Shown here: positions 19,725 to 28,827 of the stretch, piece by piece | How positions within the stretch are numbered: the stretch's first letter is position 1 | How the letters are laid out: each line of letters begins with the position of its first letter | NCBI GenBank assembly: GCA_903836575.1 | Contig: CAILRJ010000104.1 | Location: forward strand, 12,050-76,049 | From: an uncultured Burkholderiales bacterium | Lineage (GTDB): Bacteria > Pseudomonadota > Gammaproteobacteria > Burkholderiales > Burkholderiaceae_D | Length of the DNA stretch: 64,000 nt | Reading direction: 5' to 3' | Made by a program: the position numbers and the translations under genes | Notes under the pieces: model-generated | What the model saw: only the letters and a program-made list of their open reading frames with translations | Database searches by the model: none | Told to the model about the DNA's origin: nothing

Positions 19725-20857
19725 GTATTGAAGGTGAATTCGGTAAAGGTCGGGCCGTCCGGAACCGGGATCACCGGGTCAGGGCTGGCGGGGTTGCCAC
19801 TGGCCGTATTGTTGATCATCCAGAACAAGTTGCTGGCCGAATCTGCATTCGCCATCGCGGCGTCCTGCGTGATTTTGCCGTTACGAATTAATTGCAACAG
19901 TGCCTGTTCGAAAGTTTGTGACCCGGGGGACAGACTTTTTTCGATGGCATCACGGATTTGGCCGATTTCACCATCCTCGATCAGATCGGCGATATGGCGC
20001 GTATTGAGCAAGACCTCGACGGCAGGTACACGTCCGCCGTCGATAGCCGGAACAAGCCGCTGCGAGATGATTGCGGTGATGGTCGATGACAAGTCCTGCA
20101 GCAGTGCGGGACGATTTTCTAACGGGAAAAATCCAATGATGCGATTGAGCGCGCGATAGCTATTGTTGGCATGGAGCGTGGAGACCACCAGATGACCGGA
20201 CTGTGCATACGCCATTGCCGCCTCCATGGTTTCACGATCGCGTATTTCACCGATCATGATGCAATCGGGCGACTGGCGCAGGGCATTTTTCAGAGCGATC
20301 GTCAATGTCTCAGCGTCAACTCCGATTTCCCGCTGGTTGACAATGGAGCGCTTATTCCGGAACAGAAACTCGATCGGTTCTTCCAGCGTCAGGATATGTC
20401 CGGCAATATGTTCGTTGCGATAATCGAGCATCGATGCAATCGTCGTCGATTTACCCGATCCGGTCGACCCGACCACTAGCATCAAGCCGCGCTTGGCCAT
20501 GATCAGCTCGCTGAGCATAGCTGGCACATTAAGTGTCGCGAGGTCGGGAATGTTGTGCGGTATATAGCGCAGTACTGCTGAAATACTGCTGCGCTGACGG
20601 AAGGCCGAGAGGCGGAAACTGCCGACGCCGGACACCGGAATGCCGATGTTGAGCTCGTTGTCGCGTTCGAGCTCTTGCAAGCGAGAGGCGGACACGACTT
20701 CGGTGAGCAAAGTCATGATGGTGGCGAGATCCATTTTTTGCTGATTGATCGGCACCAGATTGCCATTGATCTTCAGATGGATCGGAGAATTGACGGTCAG
20801 GAACATGTCTGACGCGCCTTTTTCCTTCATCAATACGAACAGTCGGTCCATCGCCAT
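19721..20857 (-). CDS. PilT/PilU-family type IV pilus retraction-type ATPase (PilU-like)
   Basis: Walker A GSTGSGKST, Asp box, Walker B DCIMIGEIRD, and His box TLHANN (PilU-like). A Pro-rich C-terminal extension of about 30 aa is present. No other pilus genes lie nearby. Confidence 0.85.
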   Translation of the reverse strand: MAMDRLFVLMKEKGASDMFLTVNSPIHLKINGNLVPINQQKMDLATIMTLLTEVVSASRLQELERDNELNIGIPVSGVGSFRLSAFRQRSSISAVLRYIPHNIPDLATLNVPAMLSELIMAKRGLMLVVGSTGSGKSTTIASMLDYRNEHIAGHILTLEEPIEFLFRNKRSIVNQREIGVDAETLTIALKNALRQSPDCIMIGEIRDRETMEAAMAYAQSGHLVVSTLHANNSYRALNRIIGFFPLENRPALLQDLSSTITAIISQRLVPAIDGGRVPAVEVLLNTRHIADLIEDGEIGQIRDAIEKSLSPGSQTFEQALLQLIRNGKITQDAAMANADSASNLFWMINNTASGNPASPDPVIPVPDGPTFTEFTFNT

Positions 20858-20887
20858 GCCGCTCTCCCGAAAAGATTAGCCGCGCAA

Positions 20888-21712
20888 CTAGTCGCGCAAC
20901 AACTCGTTGATCCCTGTCTTGGCACGCGTCTTCGCATCGACCCGCTTGACGATGACCGCACAATACAGGCTGTATTTGCCATCGGCTGATGGCAGGTTGC
21001 CGGCGACAACGACGGAGCCGGATGGAATCCGGCCGTACGTCACTTCGCCGGTAGCGCGGTCATAAATCTTGGTCGACTGGCCGATATAGACGCCCATCGA
21101 AATGACCGAGTTTTCTTCGACGATGACGCCTTCGACGATTTCCGATCGGGCGCCGATGAAGCAGTTGTCTTCGATGATGGTCGGGTTGGCTTGCATCGGT
21201 TCGAGTACGCCACCGATACCGACACCACCTGACAGGTGGACGTTCTTGCCGATCTGTGCACACGAACCGACGGTCGCCCACGCATCGACCATCGTGCCTT
21301 CATCGACGTAAGCGCCGATGTTGACGAACGACGGCATCATGATCACATTCTTGCCGATGAAGCTGCCGCGACGGGCAACCGCAGGCGGCACCACGCGGAA
21401 GCCGCCCTTGGCGAAATCTTCGGCGGTGTAATTGGCAAACTTGGTCGGGACCTTGTCATAAAACTGCATGTGATCGCCGGACGGCATGACGATATTGTCT
21501 TCAAGTCGGAACGACAGCAGCACGGCTTTCTTGACCCACTGGTTGACGACCCAGCTGCCGCTGTCTTTTTGCGCGACGCGCAAGGTACCGTCATTGAGTT
21601 GTTCGAGTACATGGGCAACGGCTTCGCGGATGGCGGCAGGTGCGGCTTGCGGCGACAGGCTGGCGCGGTCTTCCCATGCCTGGTCAATAATTTGCTGGAG
21701 TGCTTGTGTCAT
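20888..21712 (-). CDS. dapD: 2,3,4,5-tetrahydropyridine-2,6-dicarboxylate N-succinyltransferase
   Basis: Hexapeptide-repeat transferase with a DapD-type N-terminus ([16 protein letters not shown]). Trimmed from the TTG at 21724 to the ATG at 21712. Confidence 0.95.
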   Translation of the reverse strand: MTQALQQIIDQAWEDRASLSPQAAPAAIREAVAHVLEQLNDGTLRVAQKDSGSWVVNQWVKKAVLLSFRLEDNIVMPSGDHMQFYDKVPTKFANYTAEDFAKGGFRVVPPAVARRGSFIGKNVIMMPSFVNIGAYVDEGTMVDAWATVGSCAQIGKNVHLSGGVGIGGVLEPMQANPTIIEDNCFIGARSEIVEGVIVEENSVISMGVYIGQSTKIYDRATGEVTYGRIPSGSVVVAGNLPSADGKYSLYCAVIVKRVDAKTRAKTGINELLRD

Positions 21713-21740
21713 GGTCTTGGACAATCTTTAAAAATAGAAA

Positions 21741-22940
21741 TCAGAGGGTGCGGGTAAACGCAACGAGTCGGGCGGCGGCTTCCAGGCATTCATCGGCTTC
21801 GGCCACCAGTGCCATGCGGATCCGGTTGCGGCCGGGATTGCTGCCGTGGGCTTCGCGTCCGAGGTAGCTGCCGGGCAAAACCGTCACATTATATTCGGCA
21901 TACAGACGACGGGCGAACTCGATATCGCTGATGCCGGGATAGCGATCAACGCCGGCCCACAGATAAAAACCGGCGTCCGGCAAGGCAACATCGAGGACTT
22001 CCTGCAGCATTGGCGTCACGCGCGAGAACTTGTCGAGGTATTTGGCGCGGTTGTCGATCACATGTTGTTCATCGTTCCAGGCAGCGATCGAGGCGGCTTG
22101 TACCGTCGGGCTCATTGCGCCGCCCTGATAGGTGCGATACAGCAGGAATTTTTTCAGGATGTCGGCATCGCCGGCAACAAAGCCGGAGCGCATGCCGGGG
22201 ACATTCGAGCGCTTTGACAGACTCGAGAACGCGATCAAATTGTGGAAGTTGGCGCGACCAAGCAGGCTGGCTGCCTGCAATGATCCGAGCGGGGCTTCCG
22301 GCTTGAAATAGATTTCTGAATAGCACTCATCGGCGGCAATCACGAAGCCATATTTGTCCGACAGGTCGAACAGCAGTTTCCAGTCAGCCAGCGTCATCAC
22401 CGAGCCGGTCGGATTGCCCGGCGTGCACAGGTACAGCAGGCGCACTCGCTGCCATGCCTCGTCCGGGACCGTCGCGTAGTCCGGCGCAAAATTGCGCGCC
22501 GGATCGGCATTGACGAAGTAGGGCGTCGCACCTGCCAGATACGTGGCGCCTTCGTAGATCTGATAGAACGGGTTCGGACACAGCACCAGCGCATCGCTGG
22601 CCGGATCGATCACCGTTTGTGCCAGCGCAAACAAGGCTTCGCGCGAGCCGTTGACCGGCAGCACTTGCGTGGCGGGGTCAATCTTTGGCAACGCGTAGCG
22701 CCGTTCCAGCCAGGCGGCGATGGTACCGCGTAGCGCGTCGCTACCAGCGGTGCTTGGATAGCTGGCCAGTCCGCCGAGATGTTCGGCCATGGTTTGCTTG
22801 ATGAAGGCGGGAGTCGGGTGCTTCGGTTCGCCGATGCCAAGACTGATGGGCGTAAAGGCCGGGTTCGGTGTCACGTCCGCAAACAGCTGGCGGAGTTTTT
22901 CGAATGGATAGGGTTGCAGCTGATTCAGATGTGGATTCAC
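21741..22940 (-). CDS. dapC: succinyldiaminopimelate transaminase
   Basis: Class I aminotransferase (SLSKRSN PLP-lysine region). The N-terminus NPHLNQLQPYPFEKLRQLF is typical of DapC. Trimmed to the GTG at 22940. Confidence 0.9.
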   Translation of the reverse strand: MNPHLNQLQPYPFEKLRQLFADVTPNPAFTPISLGIGEPKHPTPAFIKQTMAEHLGGLASYPSTAGSDALRGTIAAWLERRYALPKIDPATQVLPVNGSREALFALAQTVIDPASDALVLCPNPFYQIYEGATYLAGATPYFVNADPARNFAPDYATVPDEAWQRVRLLYLCTPGNPTGSVMTLADWKLLFDLSDKYGFVIAADECYSEIYFKPEAPLGSLQAASLLGRANFHNLIAFSSLSKRSNVPGMRSGFVAGDADILKKFLLYRTYQGGAMSPTVQAASIAAWNDEQHVIDNRAKYLDKFSRVTPMLQEVLDVALPDAGFYLWAGVDRYPGISDIEFARRLYAEYNVTVLPGSYLGREAHGSNPGRNRIRMALVAEADECLEAAARLVAFTRTL

Positions 22941-23142
22941 GGGCGCTAGCGGATGGTTGACGAGGCTGCAAATGGAGTGAAATGCCAACCATTATAACGT
23001 CGCGTCACCGATGTACCGTTGTTGTTTGGCATGGCTAAATCCGGCAGGGCGGCGTAGTGCCAATGTTATGATGAAGCCCTTTTTTTGCGGCACCGTTGCG
23101 GTGTTCGCTTCATCCCCTGATCGTCTACTGACTGCTGACTTC

Positions 23143-26100
23143 GTGCGCTTATCTTCCATCAAACTCTCCGGCTTCAAGTCGTTCGTCGATCCGACTAATT
23201 TCCAGGTGCCGGGCCAGCTGGTCGGTGTGGTCGGACCGAACGGGTGCGGCAAGTCCAACATCATCGACGCCGTGCGCTGGGTGCTGGGAGAATCGAAAGC
23301 CTCGGAGTTGCGCGGTGAATCGATGCAGGACGTGATCTTCAACGGCACCACGCATCGCAAGCCGGCCGGACGCGCTTCGGTCGAACTGCTGTTCGATAAT
23401 TCCGACGGCAAGGCCGCCGGACAATGGGGTCAGTACGCGGAAATCGCGGTCAAGCGTACGCTGACCCGTGATGGCACCTCGACCTATTACATCAACAATC
23501 AGGCGGTACGGCGGCGCGACATTCAGGATATTTTTCTGGGTACCGGGCTGGGGCCGCGCGCTTACGCGATCATCGGGCAGGGCATGATCTCGCGCATCAT
23601 CGAGGCGCGGCCCGAAGAATTACGGATTTTTCTGGAAGAAGCGGCCGGGGTGTCGAAGTACAAGGAGCGCCGCCGCGAAACCGAAAATCGCTTGCACGAT
23701 ACGCGCGAAAATCTGCTGCGGGTCGAGGACATTCTGCGCGAACTCAATGCCAATCTCGAAAAGCTCGAAGCGCAAGCCGCTGTCGCCACCCGCTTTCGCG
23801 ACATGCAGATCGATCAGGAAGAAAAGCAAAAGTTGCTCTGGCTGTTGCGCAAGAATGAAGCGCAATCCGAGCAGCACAAGTTTTTCATGGAGATCGAAAA
23901 GGCCCAGACCGAACTGGAGCAGGAAACGGCCAAGCTACGCCATGTCGAACTCGAACTCGAGCACATGCGTCAGGCCCATTTCGGTGCCGGCGACCGACTT
24001 CATCAGGCGCAAGGCGCGCTGTACCAGACCAATACCGAAATCGGCAGCCTCGAAGCACAGATCAAGTTCGTCATCGAATCGCGCAGCCGGTTGCAGGCAC
24101 AGCTCGACACGCTGACCACGCAACGCGATCACTGGCAGCACCAGCAAACCCAGTTTGCCGACGAACAGGCCGAAGCCGAACTGCTGCTTGAAGAGCAGGG
24201 CGAGCGTGTCGAACAGTCGCAGCAAGTACTGCAACAGCATGGCGAACAGTTGCCGGCGCTCGAACAGGCCTGGCGCGACGCCCAGCAGCGCAGCACCGAA
24301 TCGCGCGCCAGGATCATGCATGTCCAGCAGCAGATTGAACTCGAAGCGGCGCAGCAGCGCAATGCCTCCAATATCCTGAATGGCCTGACTGTGCGGCGCG
24401 AACGTCTGTTGCAGGAAAAGACCGGACTGAACTTGCCCGACAATGCGCAGTTGGTCAACGCCACGCTGGAGCTGGAAGAAAAGCGCGCCGGGCTGGAAGA
24501 AGCCACGATGCTGCTCGATGAAGCACAAGACCAGCAACCGCGACTCGAAGAAGAGCGCCGCGCTGCGCAGGTCGCCGTCAACGAAGAGAGTGCCAGCAAT
24601 GCGCGTCTCGATGCGCGGCTTGGGGCGCTCAAGCAATTGCAGGAGCGGGTGCAAAGCCAGGGCAAGGTACAGCCGTGGCTGAACCGGCACGAGCTGGACG
24701 GCTTGCCGAGGTTGTGGCAAAAGTTGCATATCGAGGCAGGCTGGGAAACCGCGCTGGAATCGGTGCTGCGCGAGCGTACGTCGGCGCTGGAGTTGTCCAA
24801 TCTGGAGTGGGCCAAAGCCTTCTTTAATGACGCACCGCCAGCCAAATTGGCGCTGTTTTCTGCCAGTGCCGCCAGCGCCGCACCGGTCACCGATTCGGTT
24901 CAGGGTTTGCAACCGCTGCAAAATCTGCTGCTGCAAAATGATCCGGGTATTCGCCACCTGATGCAGGACTGGTTGTGCAACCTGTATGCCGCTGAGGATG
25001 TCGATGCCGCGTTTGCAGCGCGTGACAAATTGCCGGCCGGCGCGAGTTTTGTTACCCGTCAGGGACACCTGATCGGCCAGTCCAGTGTGCGGTTTTATGC
25101 GTCGGATTCCGAGCAGGATGGCATGCTGGCGCGCCAGCAGGAGATCGACAACCTGACCCGGCAAGTACGCGCCCAGTATCTGCTCGCGGATGCCGCGCGC
25201 AACCGCTCGGTGCAGGCCGAGGCCGCGCTGACGCAGGCCGTGCAGCGTTTGCAGGATTTCCGTCAACGTGTGGCCGGGTTGACGCAGGCTATGCACGGTC
25301 TGCAAATCGACGTGATGAAAATGTCTGAAGTGCAGGCACGCTTCAACCAGCGCAGCAGCCAGATCATGACCGACCTGGCCGAAATCGCCGAACAGGAAAC
25401 CGAGCAGCAGCAGGCCCGCGCCGAGTCGGAAGCCAAGTTCGAACAGCTCGATGGCGAACTGGCCGGGCGGCAGGAAGCGCATGAGGACGGGCAGACTGAG
25501 TTCCTGAACAAGGAACAGCAACTCAATGATGCCCGCCAGCGCTTGCGCGACCTTGAGCGCTCGGCGCAGGAAATCGACTACGCGCAAAAAAGCCAACGCA
25601 GCAAAATCGACGAATTACGCCGTAATATCGCCACCGCGCAACAGCAGGTCGCGCAACTGACGGCCAGCCTTCAGCAAGGTCGGCAGGAACAAACCGGACT
25701 CGATGAACAGGCCGCGCAGGCCGGCTTGCAGAGCTTGCTCGATCAACGGACCAATCAGGAGCGCGCACTCTCCGATGCCCGCCATGAGCTGGACCAGCTC
25801 TCACAACAGCTGCGCCAGCACGAAGACGCCCGCACGCAATCCGAGCGCAGCCTGCAACCGCAGCGCGACCGCATCGTCGAATTGCAATTGAAGGAGCAGG
25901 CAGCGCGGCTGAACCAGGAACAGTTCGCGCAGCAATTGACCGATGCGCAAGCCGACGAAGTCGCGCTGTCGGCCAAGCTGCATGACGACTTGCGGCCTTC
26001 CTATTTGCAAGGCGAAGTCACCCGTCTGGGCAATGCCATCATCGCGCTGGGTGCCGTTAACCTCGCGGCACTCGATGAACTGGCGATTGCGTCGGAGCGC

Positions 26101-26673
26101 AAGAATTTTCTGGATGCACAGAATGCTGATCTGACCGAAGCGATCGACACGCTGCAGGATGCCATTCACCGCATCGACAAGGAAACCCGTGAACTGCTGC
26201 AGGACACCTTCGACAAGGTTAATCAGCATTTCGGCGAGCTGTTTCCTATTCTGTTTGGCGGTGGTCAGGCCCGGCTGGTGATGACGGGTGACGAGATTCT
26301 GGATGCGGGCGTGCAGGTGATGGCGCAGCCACCCGGCAAAAAGAACGCCACCATTCATTTGCTGTCAGGCGGTGAAAAAGCGCTGACGGCGACCGCGCTG
26401 GTGTTCTCGATGTTCCAGCTCAATCCGGCACCGTTCTGCCTGCTCGATGAAGTCGATGCGCCGCTCGATGATTCGAATACCGAGCGGCTGTGCAATCTGG
26501 TCCGGCGCATGGCGGTGAAGACGCAGTTCCTGTTTATCTCTCATAACAAGATCGCGATGGAAATGGCACAGCAACTGATTGGCGTGACGATGCAGGAACA
26601 GGGCGTCTCGCGCATCGTTGCTGTCGATATGGAGTCAGCGCTGGGGTTTGCCACCGATGCGCGCTCTGCCTGA
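23143..26673 (+). CDS. smc: chromosome segregation protein SMC
   Basis: Walker A GPNGCGKSN, long coiled coils with a hinge, signature LSGGEKALTA, and Walker B CLLDEVDAPLD. Trimmed to the GTG at 23143 (VRLSSIKLSGFKSF). Confidence 0.95.
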   Translation: MRLSSIKLSGFKSFVDPTNFQVPGQLVGVVGPNGCGKSNIIDAVRWVLGESKASELRGESMQDVIFNGTTHRKPAGRASVELLFDNSDGKAAGQWGQYAEIAVKRTLTRDGTSTYYINNQAVRRRDIQDIFLGTGLGPRAYAIIGQGMISRIIEARPEELRIFLEEAAGVSKYKERRRETENRLHDTRENLLRVEDILRELNANLEKLEAQAAVATRFRDMQIDQEEKQKLLWLLRKNEAQSEQHKFFMEIEKAQTELEQETAKLRHVELELEHMRQAHFGAGDRLHQAQGALYQTNTEIGSLEAQIKFVIESRSRLQAQLDTLTTQRDHWQHQQTQFADEQAEAELLLEEQGERVEQSQQVLQQHGEQLPALEQAWRDAQQRSTESRARIMHVQQQIELEAAQQRNASNILNGLTVRRERLLQEKTGLNLPDNAQLVNATLELEEKRAGLEEATMLLDEAQDQQPRLEEERRAAQVAVNEESASNARLDARLGALKQLQERVQSQGKVQPWLNRHELDGLPRLWQKLHIEAGWETALESVLRERTSALELSNLEWAKAFFNDAPPAKLALFSASAASAAPVTDSVQGLQPLQNLLLQNDPGIRHLMQDWLCNLYAAEDVDAAFAARDKLPAGASFVTRQGHLIGQSSVRFYASDSEQDGMLARQQEIDNLTRQVRAQYLLADAARNRSVQAEAALTQAVQRLQDFRQRVAGLTQAMHGLQIDVMKMSEVQARFNQRSSQIMTDLAEIAEQETEQQQARAESEAKFEQLDGELAGRQEAHEDGQTEFLNKEQQLNDARQRLRDLERSAQEIDYAQKSQRSKIDELRRNIATAQQQVAQLTASLQQGRQEQTGLDEQAAQAGLQSLLDQRTNQERALSDARHELDQLSQQLRQHEDARTQSERSLQPQRDRIVELQLKEQAARLNQEQFAQQLTDAQADEVALSAKLHDDLRPSYLQGEVTRLGNAIIALGAVNLAALDELAIASERKNFLDAQNADLTEAIDTLQDAIHRIDKETRELLQDTFDKVNQHFGELFPILFGGGQARLVMTGDEILDAGVQVMAQPPGKKNATIHLLSGGEKALTATALVFSMFQLNPAPFCLLDEVDAPLDDSNTERLCNLVRRMAVKTQFLFISHNKIAMEMAQQLIGVTMQEQGVSRIVAVDMESALGFATDARSA

Positions 26674-26776
26674 GCGCTTTTTGTTGACCATAACATCGCG
26701 TTGCCACTTAAATCATGCTGTAATTCCGGCAGCCGCCCAATCCGCTGGCGGCAACTTTTCCTTGAGGAGAACAACC

Positions 26777-27097
26777 ATGAAAACCATCTTTGCCGTTTTA
26801 CTGCTCGCCGTCCCGTTCTGCTTCAATTCTGCGCTGGCTGCTTCGGCTCAGCAAACCAAAATGGGCACTTGTAACAAGGAAGCCGCTGGTAAAAAAGGCG
26901 ACGAGCGTAAAGCTTTCATGAAGCAATGCCTGAGCGCCAAGCCTGTAGCAGACACGGCTGCAGCTGCGGCACCTGCAGCACCCGCAGAACCAGCTACTCA
27001 ACAGAATAAAATGAAAACCTGCAATGCCGACGCCGCGGGTAAAAAAGGCGACGAGCGCAAGGCCTTCATGAAAGACTGTTTGAAAAAAGCTGCCTGA
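26777..27097 (+). CDS. psiF: PsiF-repeat protein (phosphate-starvation-inducible PsiF family)
   Basis: Signal peptide MKTIFAVLLLAVPFCFNSALA, then two PsiF repeats (Q.KM.TCN..A.GKKGDERKAFMK.CL). Trimmed to the ATG at 26777. Confidence 0.85.
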   Translation: MKTIFAVLLLAVPFCFNSALAASAQQTKMGTCNKEAAGKKGDERKAFMKQCLSAKPVADTAAAAAPAAPAEPATQQNKMKTCNADAAGKKGDERKAFMKDCLKKAA

Positions 27098-27120
27098 TTC
27101 TCCGCTGTATTTCAGTGATA

Positions 27121-27159
27121 AAAAATGACCGGTCAGTACGCTGAGCGGTCATTTTTTTT
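27121..27159. terminator. bidirectional rho-independent terminator after psiF
   Basis: AAAAAATGACCG-loop-CGGTCATTTTTTTT. Confidence 0.7.
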
Positions 27160-27168
27160 GTGTCCGGC

Positions 27169-27317
27169 ATGGGCGGGCTATTGGCAATGAAAGTTTCTCT
27201 GCAAGCCGTGGTGGTGGTGGTGGTCCTGAAAAATCTTCAGCATCGAATTAAGTTGGAACGCTTACTCTGGATTGACTCAAACAAGTCACGTCAGTTGATC
27301 GAAGGGATCAACTGACG
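27169..27317 (+). promoter_or_regulatory. candidate leader mini-ORF (Val6 run) ending inside a perfect 12-bp hairpin; the opposite strand encodes a His5 mini-ORF (27178-27243)
   Basis: Plus strand: ATG at 27169 or 27187 ... GTG GTG GTG GTG GTG GTC (27208-27225) ... TGA at 27313. The hairpin CGTCAGTTGATC-GAAGG-GATCAACTGACG lies at 27289-27317 and is followed by ATTTCTCCCTTTGATT. Minus strand: MLKIFQDHHHHHGLQRNFHCQ. Any function is inferred only. Confidence 0.3.
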
Positions 27318-27470
27318 ATTTCTCCCTTTGATTGTCTTGACGCGCCTCGATCCTATCACCTCAACTGCGCGAACCTCTCGGCGCGGACTCGCATGCCGGG
27401 TAGTGTGGCTGGTGAGCAGACAGTTATACTGCCGCCCTTATGCCCATCGGCTGGACAGACTGGAAGCGCA

Positions 27471-28130
27471 ATGAACTTGATCGAATTATTGACCCTCGCT
27501 GCACCGATCATGCTCAAGGGTGTGCTCTACACCGTCATGTTTGCGGTAGCCTCGATGGTGGGTGGCTTGCTGCTTGGGACGCTGCTGGCGATGGCGCGGT
27601 TGCTGCCATGGCGCATCCTGCAATGGCCGGCCACGCTCTATGTCAGCATGATTCGCGGTACGCCGCTATTGGTGCAGGTTTTTCTGATTTACTACGGATT
27701 GCCCAGCATCGGCATTGAATTTTCGCCGGTCAGTGCGGGCATTCTGGCATTGAGCCTGAACGCCGGAGCGTTCCTGTCGGAGAGCTTGCGCGGTGCGGTA
27801 CAGGGTGTGAGTGCCGGACAGTGGTCGGCCAGTTACAGCCTCGGTCTTACCTGGACACAGACCCTGCGTTTCATTGTGGGTCCGCAAGCATTACGCATTG
27901 CCGTACCGTCGTTGGGCAATACGCTGATCAGCCTGATCAAGGATACCTCGCTGGTGTCAGTCATCACCGTCACTGAACTGATGCTGGCGACCAAGGAAGT
28001 GATTGCCACAACGTTTCGGCCACTGCCGTTGTATGTGGCGGCGGCCTTGCTGTACTGGTGCTTGAGCATGCTGTTCGAGGCCTTGCAGCGGCGCGTTGAG
28101 AAGCGCTTGCAGCGGGCGCATCAGCGATAA
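27471..28130 (+). CDS. amino-acid ABC transporter permease (His/Glu/Gln/Arg/opine family), orphan
   Basis: 219 aa with about five TM segments and an EAA-like loop (SLNAGAFLSESLRGAVQGVSAGQWSASYSLGL). No ATPase or binding-protein gene lies adjacent. Trimmed to the ATG at 27471. Confidence 0.85.
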   Translation: MNLIELLTLAAPIMLKGVLYTVMFAVASMVGGLLLGTLLAMARLLPWRILQWPATLYVSMIRGTPLLVQVFLIYYGLPSIGIEFSPVSAGILALSLNAGAFLSESLRGAVQGVSAGQWSASYSLGLTWTQTLRFIVGPQALRIAVPSLGNTLISLIKDTSLVSVITVTELMLATKEVIATTFRPLPLYVAAALLYWCLSMLFEALQRRVEKRLQRAHQR

Positions 28131-28216
28131 CTCAGATGTAAGCGGGTTTGTTAAATGCAAATTTTTGTCTGTTTCTGGGTATAGTCGAAAGCAGTTCAAC
28201 TTATCGAGAGCACAGA

Positions 28217-28645
28217 ATGAATAAAATACTTTGCGTTGCGGCCGCGATGCTTGCCATAAGTTCCGCTGTTTTCCTGCCGACTCCGGCCATGGCTCAGGTC
28301 AGCATCAACATCATCCTTGGCGATGCGCCGCCACCATTACGTTACGAGGCCGTTCCTTCGCCCCGCAACGGTTATCTGTGGGCCCCGGGTTACTGGAATT
28401 GGAATGGCAACCAGCACGTCTGGTCCCGCGGCCATTGGGAACGTAACCGGGTCGACTATCGCTACGACCAGCCGCAGTGGCGTCAGGAAAGTGATGGCTG
28501 GCGACTGGATCGTGGTGGCTGGAAACAGGACCATAAAAAATATAAGAAGGACAAGAAAGAACGCTACGACGATCGCGATGATCGCGACAATCGACACGGC
28601 GGCGAACACTGTCCACCCGGTCAGGCAAAAAAAGGTAATTGCTAA
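28217..28645 (+). CDS. YXWGXW-repeat periplasmic protein with a highly charged C-terminal tail
   Basis: Signal peptide MNKILCVAAAMLAISSAVFLPTPAMA, then the repeats GYLWAPGYWNWNGNQHVWSRGHWER and DGWRLDRGGW, then a K/D/R-rich tail ending CPPGQAKKGNC. Confidence 0.75.
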   Translation: MNKILCVAAAMLAISSAVFLPTPAMAQVSINIILGDAPPPLRYEAVPSPRNGYLWAPGYWNWNGNQHVWSRGHWERNRVDYRYDQPQWRQESDGWRLDRGGWKQDHKKYKKDKKERYDDRDDRDNRHGGEHCPPGQAKKGNC

Positions 28646-28827
28646 CTTTACGCGGGCAATGTCTGGCTATGGCATACCGGCCAACAAGCCTGTCGTCAGC
28701 CCACGCGTGTTGGGCTTGGTCATGTCACGGTGCTCGCTCGATTTCTCCCGGTGCAAAGACACAATGACCAGGCCTTTAATAGCAACCGACATTCAAGATA
28801 GAAGTTACTAACTTCAAACAATCCAAC

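Noticed and set aside
18921-20159. 412-aa plus-strand ORF.
   Set aside because: It runs antisense across three independent, well-supported genes (dapE, the arsC-family gene and the pilU-like gene), so it is a shadow ORF.
23935-25596. 553-aa minus-strand ORF (plus 24129-24890 and others).
   Set aside because: It is antisense to the smc coiled-coil region. Repetitive Q/E/A/L codons on the sense strand generate long open antisense frames. The sequence is low in complexity.
28317-28811. 164-aa plus-strand ORF overlapping the YXWGXW-repeat gene in another frame.
   Set aside because: The frame with the signal peptide and YXWGXW repeats explains the region. The alternative frame has no start context and runs through the intergenic hairpin.
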